A stretch of 51,452 nucleotides of DNA, counting the filler, from Streblomastix strix (lineage: Eukaryota), in NCBI GenBank assembly GCA_008636045.1. It is 3 parts of 3 records of this genome, joined end to end, with 100 filler letters (N's around TTAATTAATTAA, not from the genome) between each part and the next. Parts side by side here need not be neighbours in the genome. Positions count along the whole stretch, not along the records: positions 17,194 to 34,280 come from SNRW01000728.1; positions 34,381 to 51,452 come from SNRW01000729.1; 1 more part is not named here. One strand, 5' to 3'. Each line of letters begins with the position of its first letter. Positions within the stretch are counted from its first letter, which is position 1. Below the pieces are notes generated by a model. It was not told the origin of the DNA, did no database searches, and was given only the letters and a program-made list of their open reading frames with translations. Made by a program: the position numbers and the translations under genes. Below are positions 28,101 to 38,700 of the stretch, in pieces.

Positions 28101-29325
28101 ATCACGCGAATATGTTGAATAGAAAGAAATAGACCAGAAAATTGCTCAAGCTGGAGCAAATGCAACTGATATCTATGTTGCAGGTTTGTCTTCAATTCAA
28201 ACAGATGCGAAGCTTCTTGAGTTGTTTAAGCCGTATGGAGCTGTAAAAGCTTTTCTTATCAGGGATTAAGTGACCAAATAATCAAAAGGATTCGGATTTG
28301 TGACCTTTCTTCAGGGAAGCGATGCATAAAGAGCAACAAATGCTATAAATGGTAGAAATGATGGAGGAAGAAGAATAAACATCAAACCAAGCAATAATCC
28401 ACCAAGGTTTAATCAAGATCCAGACTTTGAGAAATCAAAAGAAATTGCGCGTTCAAAGGAAATATAAGCACGAAGAGTCTAGGCTGAATTTGTTGCAGCC
28501 ACACAAGAACTTCAAAACAGGAAAATAAGAATAATGAAGAGATAATCATAAAGTGAATAGAAAGGAAAAATATAGGAAGAAGAAGATGATGAATCAGAAT
28601 CCGATGAAACAAATGAATCTGGATAATGTCCAATCTGTATGGATGATATGGACAGTGTGGAGACGTGTTCATGTTCAGGTGAAGGGCACAGATTATGCTG
28701 CACGTGTCTTAAAGCATCACTGGAGAGTGATCTTAATGCAGGCGTTCTTAACATCTCATGTGTAGCTGATAGAGATTGCACAGCTGAATACAGCATGGAT
28801 ATAATTGAGAAAGTTCTGGATGAAAAGGACCTCAGGCGTCTGCAGGAATTACAGGCGCTTGAAGCAGGTGGTGGAACAGCAGACGAAGAAGATAAGAATA
28901 AAAAAGGAGACGTTTAATAAGTGAGATTAAATGAGACTGATTCTGACCGAAAGAAAAGAGAAGACGAAGAGTTTGTGAGAGTGATTGATATTGCAATGAC
29001 AAACGCTCGTATCAGGCACTGCCCTAAATGTGGGAAAGGTATAATAAAAGAAGAAGGTTGCAATAGAATTTCATGCCATTGCAAAGCAAATTTTTGCTAT
29101 TGCTGCGAAAAAGATATAACAGATATTACATATGGACACTTCAATAAAAGTGTTTCCTAGTGCCCATTATACATGGGCGATAACATGAAAGCTGAGTAAG
29201 AGCGTCAAGTGGACAGAGCTTTGAAAGCAGCAGATGTGTTTTCTAGGGAACATCCTCATTTCAGAGATGGTGAGGTGAAACTGAGGAGCTACTTAGACAT
29301 CTGGGCTGTGGGATATGAATTTTGA
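25119..29325 (+). CDS. La motif + 8 RRM + RING1 + Rcat (RNF216/TRIAD3-like) protein, ~1265 aa; putative RNA-binding RBR-type E3 ligase without IBR
   Basis: Exons 25119-25206, 25279-25353, 25414-25595, 25675-25785, 25849-25997, 26078-26130, 26186-29325 (3798 nt). La motif IKRQIEFYFSDENLPLDKYL...GWVQIEVLLTFPKL...VSDDKTKVKR. RNP1 motifs RGFGFATF and KGFGFVTF. RING CPICMDD...GHRLCCTC...CVADRDC. Rcat CPKCGKGIIKEEGCNRISCHCKANFCYCC...YGHF. The last exon has no in-frame TGA before 29323. Confidence 0.92.
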
Positions 29326-29432
29326 AAAGGGAAGATAATTGATTGATGAGTCAAACTCGTTATAGACGGAACTTATAAACACATTCTTATTATATATTGC
29401 ATTTGAAATGATTATATCAAACATTAAGTTTG

Positions 29433-29510
29433 AAAAAGGAATACTTTAAATCAATAAAAAATTACTTTATATTTTCAATATTTATTATTGTATTTGCACA
29501 TGTTATTTAT
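29433..29510 (+). repeat. ~70-80-bp motif downstream of the La-RRM-RBR gene, repeated at 31517-31585
   Basis: aaaaaggaatactttaaa(t/c)caataaaaa...tttcaatatttattattgtatttgc(a/t)catg(t/c)tatttat at both sites. Confidence 0.8.
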
Positions 29511-29925
29511 TTTTAAATATTTTTGTATGTAAAAATTTGCCAGCTCCCTCTGGGTTGATTTAGCTTCCCCAATATATATGTTTATAATTAGTTATATAAT
29601 TCTAAATATTTAAATTTATTTATAAAAATTACAGCTTTAAACCTCAAGAATTGATTATTTAATTTAAAAATTCAATTATTTTATTAATATAGTATAATAC
29701 ATGCAATTTTACAAGGTAATATTAATTAAAATACATATATATGTTTAATTATATTAAAATTCAATCAAATATTTGATTATTAACTGAAAAATTTAGAAAT
29801 TTATTTTTTATTTCAAATTTTTATTTTATGCTAGAATTATTGATTTATATAATTTAAAATTGCTAAATTCTACTAAATTTGCTTAAATTTCATTATATTT
29901 TTAACTTAATTTAAAGTATTATTAG

Positions 29926-31491
29926 ATGATTCCGACTATTTTTTTAGCTCTATCACTTTTAATCTGTAATAATTGCAAAGATATTCATCCATAGCCTGCT
30001 ATTTCTACTAATAATGCATGCTTATTCAATGTTAGTCAAACTATTTATCATGGCTATCATAAAATTGCTGAAGTACTTGAATAAAATTGTACTTAATCTG
30101 ATGGATTTGATATAGCACTACTTGATTCTACACACGTTGAATAGATATTCATAGCTCAAGAATCTTCAATTCTTATCAAAGTATGCATTAAATATTATTT
30201 ACATTATGTAAAGTTGTATATAATTATTCTATTAGGGTGAAAAAGAAATCCCAACTATTTGGAGTTGTAATGAATTTTCCATAGGAACAATTGAAATTGT
30301 TTAAGGTAATCTCACACTGGAAAACATTGAGTTCTAATTTTTAATCATCGACAATTAAATTAAACCAGTTAAATGTATAATTGATGCTGGAAATTATTAA
30401 TATTTTCGAACATTGAATATTAGGAAATGCATATTCTAGTCAATTGCAGGATATGAAGATACTTATAATATAACTCACATTCATTCATATTGTACCAAGA
30501 AAGTAGAAATTACTGACTCTATCTTTAATGGATTGAATAAAACGATCTCAAATAATACTCTAATTGTTATATAGAAATGCAATTAGATAATTCTGAAGAA
30601 TTCTATTATTCAGAATATATTATTCTAATCTTAGAGTGAACTTGTAAAATTAGTAGCAGATGATTAAGGTGCATAAATCATTATCTAAAATTGTATGTTT
30701 ATCAACATTTAAATTAATTCAGATTATCAGTTATCAGCTTTATAAGTATAATGCAATAGTACACATAAGATTGAAATAACAGGAAACACATTTATAAATT
30801 GTCACAATCCCAATTAACTTGTTGGTGCATTGTACATATTAGATTTATCAGAAGAAAAGGATACCAATTCATTTATAATCAATAATAATATATTTTTCAA
30901 TAACAAAGGAAATTATTCCGGTGGGATTTTCTTAGATTCATCTAATCAATTCTCTAATTATAATTTCACCAATAACATATTCTCTAATAACTCTAATAAT
31001 GCAATACAAGGAATAGGAAAAGATGCGTTCTTAAAGTTTGATAATCCTCCTCAGAATTGGACATCGGATAATATTCAAGACATAATAAAAGACTTGTTTA
31101 ATAACAGTATTTCTGACGCCAGGGCTGGTAGTATTTATTATGAGATGAATCACGATAACATTACTTACCCAGGTAATATTACACTTCCTGATCATATACA
31201 ACCATCTCCAGAACCAATTCCAGAAAAGAAGCATAATACAAAATATATCATTATTGGGGTTATCGTTGGATTTGTTATTTTTATCTTAACTGCATTTGCC
31301 ATTTTTATTGTCTTCAGAAAGGTTTATGAATAGTGTATTTGAAATTAATAATTACTTATTAATTGTTAAAATTTTTTATTAAAATTACTTTTTTATTTCA
31401 ATTTTTATAATTTTGGATATAGAGTAAGATAGCATATGATCCGAATGATAGAAGACAACTCATAAAAAGAGGACAGTATAGATCAACTTGA
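29926..31491 (+). CDS. Type I membrane surface protein (~469 aa) with putative parallel beta-helix (pectin lyase-like) ectodomain
   Basis: Exons 29926-30180, 30236-31321, 31423-31491 (1410 nt). Signal peptide MIPTIFLALSLLIC; INNNIFFNNKGNYSGGIFL / FTNNIFSNN repeats; Pro-rich linker; TM YIIIGVIVGFVIFILTAFAIFIVF; short tail ending TGA. Confidence 0.85.
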
Positions 31492-31516
31492 GGGCCAGTG
31501 GAACAATATTTAATTA

Positions 31517-31585
31517 AAAAAGGAATACTTTAAACCAATAAAAATGATTTCAATATTTATTATTGTATTTGCTCATGCTATTTAT
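31517..31585 (+). repeat. Second copy of the 29433-29510 downstream motif
   Basis: Direct near-identity with 29433-29510 apart from a short indel. Confidence 0.8.
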
Positions 31586-31734
31586 TATATCAAGAAAAAA
31601 TAATAGATGAGCAATATATTAATAGTTAAAAGTTTAAAACAAAATTAAAATATACTATTTGTGAAATGTTTAAAAATATTAATCTTGACATTACCAAAAA
31701 AAAACATTTTCAATAAGTACAAAAAGTCATTTTT

Positions 31735-33471
31735 TCATTCATCTTCTTCTTCATCATCATCTTCATCTTCACTGTAATAGAATTCTCCAGATTGTCCAAT
31801 ACTGAAAATATCTTGGAATTATGGAGTTGCACTAACACTCAATGGAAATGAAACATTGCCAACAAAACTTGGTCCAGAATGAATATCATCACTAAATGCA
31901 TTATGAATGGCTTTCGCTCCGAGAAGAATAGCTCCCAATGGAAACCTTTTTGTCTGTTTTGGACCAATTGGACGTTTTCCAATTGATTCTCTATATCTGT
32001 TAATTATATCTAATGCATAGAATCTACAATCAAATACTCCATATTCATAATCTTTGAATTCACCTCTTTCAACTTTGGCAATGTCTTCATATATACATTT
32101 CTTAGCAAAAGCAGCATCTATTTTATAAATTGGATCAAGAGAATATTCACTCAAGTGTTCATCATCGTCTGGTTTAACAACTCCATCAACAGATGTTATA
32201 AGACCCCAATTAGAAGTTGGAAAGAAACCATAATGTTCATTACTCCCATCTTCTATGAATATCTCACAGTGCCAAAGCTTATCTGTAGGAAGTGATTGCC
32301 CATTAGCTAATAAATCATTTCGTATGTCATATAATGCTTCAATAAAACCTTTTTCTACTGGTCTGCATCTAATAACTGCTTTGCATCTATTTCTTTTCTG
32401 TATTTCATCAGCCAAAGTATGAATGGTTTTATTTCCATTTATTTATATATCAAAACTAAATTGTTTCTTTTATTTAAACATATCCAAAGACTGAATATTA
32501 CTTTTTCTTCTTATTATTTTTTCAATTGTATTTATTTCTTCATTCTTTGGAATTTCACTCAATAAATGGATTTTATTGCCTTTGTGTGATTGATCTTCCT
32601 TATTTTCCTTCATTTGTTATATATCACTTTATCCTACAGTTTATTATTATTATTGATTTTGAATTTCATTCATTACTTATTACCATTTAATATCACTTTC
32701 GTACTTTTCAATTTCTCTCTGCTGTTTTTCTTACTCAAATTAAATTCCTTCATTTCTTTCCCATTCTTCTTTTCCTTATTGAATCAATTATCTTTCTCTT
32801 TCAAGTTTGTTTTGAGTTTATTATTATTTTTATCTATTTCTTTCAATTATAAATTAATTCTCTTATATTTATATTTCATTACCATTATTTTATATGTTAT
32901 TCTCATCTAATATTTATTATCAAATTCTTATTTAATTTATACGCGCTTCATCTAATAAATATGAAGCAGCCATATTTTTATTTCCATTTGCTGCAATCAA
33001 TGCTTATTCTACAGTTTCCTTTGAAAATTCCATATCAATTATATTATTAACTGATTCAGGATCCAACTAAGCAAGAACTATAGGAGTAGAATTAGTTGAT
33101 GATTGGAGAACTTGAATTTGTTCATTGAAAATAGTTTATTACAATGCTACTGATAAATTATCTGCTTATTGAACATCATCATTATATCTAGTCCTTTTCC
33201 TTGAATTTCTTCTTCTATTTCTCATTGAATCATTTTAATCTTCTTCATCTCTTTTATTTAATTCGTTATTAAAGTTCCTTCTTCCTCTTTTAATGGGTTT
33301 CCCTATCTAATTAATTTCATCATCTATGAGTAATGATGCTGCTATATTTATATCACCATTTGCAGTTCTCAGAGCTTGTTCAACATTCTGTATGGGAAAT
33401 TAGTCCAAAGAAAGGAGTTATTCAACTGCTTCAGGATCTAATTTAAAACGATTAGAAGATCTTTGCGACAT
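31735..33471 (-). CDS. 2x UBA + C-terminal permuted papain-like (PPPDE/DeSI-like) domain protein, ~566 aa
   Basis: ATG at 33471, TGA at 31735-31737, one 36-nt intron (32907-32942). UBA1 LDPEAVEQLLSLDQFPIQNVEQALRTANGDINIAASLL; UBA2 LDPESVNNIIDMEFSKETVEQALIAANGNKNMAASYLL. C-domain LWHCEIF...EHYGF...YEYGVFDCRFYA (His before Cys, as in PPPDE H...YxLxxxNCxxF); acidic tail. Confidence 0.8.
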
Positions 33472-33946
33472 TCTGATAAAAATATAAGATAATACAAAAA
33501 AAATAGTAAATTTTTGAAAAAGCAAAGTTACTTTATTTTTGAAAAAAATGTAAAGAAAATGAAAAAAAAAAAGCAAATCAATTAATACAAATTACTTCAT
33601 AAGATATATTTTACAAATAAAACAAACGAAACAAATAATTATTACTCAATATAGATTGGATGCAAAGATAAATAATTCAATTCATTGATTTCGCATGCCC
33701 TTAAATGTTTTAAAATATATATATTATATGATATAACTCAAAAAATGTTTAAATAAACTGCATTACATAAATACTTATTATAAATACGCCTTTATTATAC
33801 TCTTATTTTGAATTTTTATTTTTTAACCATTTTTGCTTTCTTTTTGTAAAATCTATTTCTCTCATAATCACTTGTATAATTTGGTTATGATTTATAAAAT
33901 AATATATTATAGTTGAAAAATATATTATTAAATAGAGCTGTTAAAA

Positions 33947-34229
33947 TTCGTCAAAGAATATTGTTTTTACGAACGAAATAGTCAGTAAATTTAAGTATTT
34001 TGACGAAAATAACTTAATAGCAGGGTTTTTCCTAAGAGCAAAAGTTTGGCGTAAAAACTAATAGTATGGCGTAAACATCAAAAAAGTTTGGCGTAACGAA
34101 ATATTAATTTAATGAAAATTTTATAGTAAATGCGTGGCCCGAAGGGCAGAGCCCAAAAATTTTTATAAGTTATAATAAATTTTAGGGTATTTAGCGAGGC
34201 CCGAAGGGCCGAGCGAGAAATTTTTATAA
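33947..34229. repeat. Cluster of short direct/inverted repeats and GC-rich GAA mini-hairpins at the contig end
   Basis: ttcgtcaaa/tttgacgaa inverted pair (33947, 33999); tggcgtaa three times (34040-34096); gcccgaagggc..gagc..aaatttttataa twice (34137, 34199). Confidence 0.6.
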
Positions 34230-34280
34230 AATTTATTGATATATAATATTTATTATTGAAAACAAGTGACGTAGGAGCAA

Positions 34281-34380
34281 NNNNNNNNNNNNNNNNNNNN
34301 NNNNNNNNNNNNNNNNNNNNNNNNTTAATTAATTAANNNNNNNNNNNNNNNNNNNNNNNNNNNNNNNNNNNNNNNNNNNN
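34281..34380. other. Artificial contig-joining spacer (44 N + TTAATTAATTAA + 44 N)
   Basis: Identical to 17094-17193. Confidence 0.97.
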
Positions 34381-35577
34381 ATCTGAGCGATTCAAATATT
34401 GATTTCTTCTTCTATTTAATTTATTATTATTATTCATTCTTCTTCTTATAATCTTTTTATTCAACTTTCGCAATCACAGTTTCAGGATCATAAATAACAT
34501 CAGATGGACTCATCCAATAAACTCCAGCAAAGAACTTCACAAGTTCATATGTTGTATTTGGAGAAAGAGTTGGTACAATCCATCTTCGTGGTGCAGCTAA
34601 GAACTAATATGCTTCAAATGCACCACTGTATGGAGCAGCAACTGATGCGAAAGATTCAATGAACTTGTCTTTCCATTCTTGTGTGATTGGTGGATAGCGT
34701 GTGAGGAACATGTGTGAGATAATACCACCTGAAAAAAAAAATTTAAAAAAATTTTGAAAAAAAATAAAAAATATTAAAAAAAATTACTTTTTTTAATTAT
34801 ATCATATAATATATTAATTTGTTTATAGCATACCACAACTATGACCAACTATAATAACACGACTGTTGTTGTTCATTACATATGCTTTTTCAATCATTCG
34901 CTTCAAATCGCTTAAGAAAGTCCCATACATTAACGAATTTGGAGTTTCAATGCGGAAATCAAACTGAAATAATTAAATATATTTATGAAATAATTGAGAA
35001 ATGAATTAACACTAATATAAATTAAATCATACAGGAACGCCAAAGAGGTTGACTTTAGGTTTGTAGCCTACAGAAACTAAAACGTCAACCATAGATTGAA
35101 AATATGTGGAAACTGATTGGAAATTTGGGTCTAGATAAGAAATTCCCTGATAATTGAATGAAGATGATGATAATAAATAATTTAATTGTCAAATAAAATG
35201 AATTAGCAAACGTCTAATCCGCCATAGTCTACAGGTACTACTTCTCCGTAATCTGCCGTTTCGAATACATTTTTATCAGCGTTGTACGTAGTGTTTAATT
35301 CATGCACAAATTCTGTTGGTTCCACACTAGCTCGCAGCAAGTTGAGCCAAGCATTTTCAAACTTGGCAGAAGGCTATTTCTTTTCGCGGAATTGTAATCG
35401 GCTTCCTCCCAATCCAGGCACAAGAATTATTGGATGTGGATTGGGAATTGGATCAAAAATAGGAATATCTTTCAATTTTTTATTTTTATCATCCAAGTTA
35501 TTTAGATCACTTATCAGAAAATCGTCATCGAAAATAAAAGCGCGGATACCAAGGACGAATAGTGTGAGTGCAATCAT
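34381..35577 (-). CDS. LCAT / lysosomal phospholipase A2 (group XV) family alpha/beta hydrolase, 3'-truncated at the gap
   Basis: Signal peptide MIALTLFVLG; PIILVPGLGGSRLQ; DYGGLD|GISYLDP; GYKPKVNLFGVP|FDFR; nucleophile elbow VIIVGHSC|GG; WKDKFIESFASVAAPYSGA; three introns. Confidence 0.92.
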
Positions 35578-35757
35578 ATTAGTGCTCTATTAAAGGGGAA
35601 ATTAAGTAGATAAATAATAAATTAAAATTAAGAAAATAATCATTCAGTGAAAGGAGTGATATCAATCGGAATTATCAAGAAAAAAATTAAAAAGTATTAA
35701 ATTCAATCACAAAATGATTTTACTTTATAATACAATATTAAGACAATTTAAAATTAA

Positions 35758-38700
35758 TCATTTCTTTGATTTTGCCTACTTGGGAGCTAGCTCTTTCTAC
35801 GATTTATCACCTGAATTCAATTCTGCGGTATTCCAAAGTGCAGTTTACCTAGTGCTTTATTCACCATCACTTTCTTTCTATTTCTCTTTTGACTATCATG
35901 TTTTATCTGAATCAATTTTCTTTTCTGTGCTACCAGGACTTTATAATAACTTCTACAATGGATGTTTGAGCGAAGAAGCATTTATAGGAATCATTGTTGT
36001 AGTTATATTATTATTAGTAGTAGTAGTATTAACATTTGCAATACCACTACCAACATTCGCATTCGAAACATGCTTCTTGCTCAAATCACCAAATTCCAAA
36101 TTTCCAGTGGCAACAACATTAAATCCGCCTCTTTACTGTATTTTCATGTTCAAAGGAACATTTTATGGGGGAGAAGCATTCAGAAAAGACATTAATGGAG
36201 GAGCTGGAGATGATTATGGTCGCTGTAATTGAGGAAGAGCGATTATTTGCTATTATTATTATGTTGATGATGAAGTTGAAGTTATTGTTGATGAAGGTTG
36301 GATTTATTATTATTAAATTTATTATTGTTGTTTTTATTTCTTGTATTAGGATTAAATTTATGATTTTGATGAAAAAGATGATGAAAATGGAGTTTTTATT
36401 GAATTTAGTTATTAATACGGTTATTTCTAAGGTTTTGTTGATGCTTGAGAAGTTTTTGGTTTTTGTTGTATATTTAGTTGATTTTAATCTTTTGTAAGAA
36501 ATACTGGAGGATTTTAGGTAATTACTTATGGCATAATTAAATCTTTTTTATCTACTTGAATTATTTATTCTGATTATTCTTGTATATCAGAATTTAATTA
36601 TTAATTCTATTATTATATTAATTCTAATTATTAGTTATCTTTATCTTTATCTTTTTCTTACGATTGAGATTTTTTAGCATCTGGCGATAATGATCTCTAT
36701 TTCCCTTAATCATGAGCATCATTAAACTAACTCTATTACATTTACTATATCAACTACTGTTACATGTAATTTTATAGTAATAATTACTCATTTGTGAATA
36801 ATTAGCCTGTTGTTTACATCATTTGTGGGATTTATTTGGCTATTTTTTGGGATTGTTTTCTCTGTTGATTGCGTGAGAAAATTGAGGGTGTTGAAGGATT
36901 GGATTTGGAAAGGACGTTGAAATCTGGTAAATAAAATAAGAATTAAATGTAATAATAATATTATTATTATTTTCTTGTATAATAATACGAAATGAATAAA
37001 AAAAATATTTAATTCAACAATTAATAATAAAATGTATTATTACCTTAGAATTTATATCCAGTCATTGGTCCACCAGAAGTTCTGCTTTGATGTCCTTGAG
37101 TTCCAATTTGTTAGATCATTGCCTATAAAATAATATTATAGGTATTAATAATATTTTTTATTTTGTGTTAAATAATTAAATAATAAGAAATTAGATACTT
37201 TTTTATTTAAATATATTATTAAATTATAATTTCATACTTAATATTACGCAAAAGACTCCATCATCTATTTATATAATCCTTCTTCGGAAGCTTAACCTTC
37301 AGCGAACAATTATTTATCACTTTAATATTAATTAGAAAGTAGCATTTATTATCTAGCTTATAATTATAACTGTTATTACAATTGATTATATTATAATATG
37401 TTCATCATCATTGCAGCTTCAGATGTTGGATCTTCAATCTAATTTGGAGTTTAGCCTTCATTTGTACTTTATTATTATTTCTGTTATTTTTCTTAAAATT
37501 GTTTTTCTATTATTTCTTGAAGTTATTATATTTGCTTATAAGTTATTTTTTATTATCTTTGAATTGTAGATAATTATTTTTTTTGTTTCTCCTTTTCTAT
37601 TTCTTTTTCATTGTCTTTTTCTTTTTCTTTTTCCTATTAATCTTTATTTTATTCTTTTTATACCTTTTAAGGAGAATGCGTAGTAAAAAGATTAGTAAAC
37701 GGATCAAAATGTTTTTTTATTATATCTTCATTTGTTTGAACGTTGCTGCTTTGTTATTATTAATCTTTATTCTAATGTAATTATTGTAGATTTTATGGGA
37801 AAATTGAAGTTGATTGTGAAACTGATTATTAAGATTGTCCTGAAGCAGTTGAAGTTGATGATGAAGATGCAGTTGTTGTTCCAACTGTAGTTTCAACAGT
37901 AGAATTCACTGATTAAGGTATTTATGACTATTCAATTAATAATGGTGATATTTCATCAATAAATTTCTTGACTTTTTATTCTTTTTCTTTTTCGGTTTTA
38001 TTTATTAAATCTTTCTATTTTTCTTTATTTCTTTCTTTTAATTACTTGTCTTATGGGCTTCTTTCTTTATGAAATGAGACAATTGGTGAATTTACTGACG
38101 GTTTTTAATTTGACTAAGATTATATTTATTATTACTATTACTAACTTAACTATAATTATGATTATGGTAACAAATATTAGAACAATTACTATGTATCAGG
38201 TTTCTTAGATGTTTATAGTTATGATTTTATTTACTATTATAATTATTATTACGTTTATAATCTTTGTGTTGTTTCAATTGGTGTTCCCAAAGGAGTGGAT
38301 GTTGTTAGATTAGCTGATTATTCATACAATTGTTGTATTGATTTAATTTATTACTATTTTTATTACTGTTATTATTTTTAATGCTGATTTTATAATTTCA
38401 TTTATTAGTCTTTTTCTTTCTGTAGTTTGTGTTTTGAATTTGACCTTGGTTGTGCATAAAATTGTTATGAGGAAAGTTATTGCTATTCTGATTATTTTTA
38501 TTATTCATTTTATAAAATTTCACTAGAATTTAATTGTAAATCAATTAACTATTATTTTTATTATTCTGTTTTGAAATGAAGATTCTATTCATAAGCAGGC
38601 AAACTTTAAGCAAAGTCGGAATTTGAATGTTACATGATGAATGTATTTTATTATTATTATTATTATTGTGGTTATTATTTCTATTATTATAAATCAGGAA

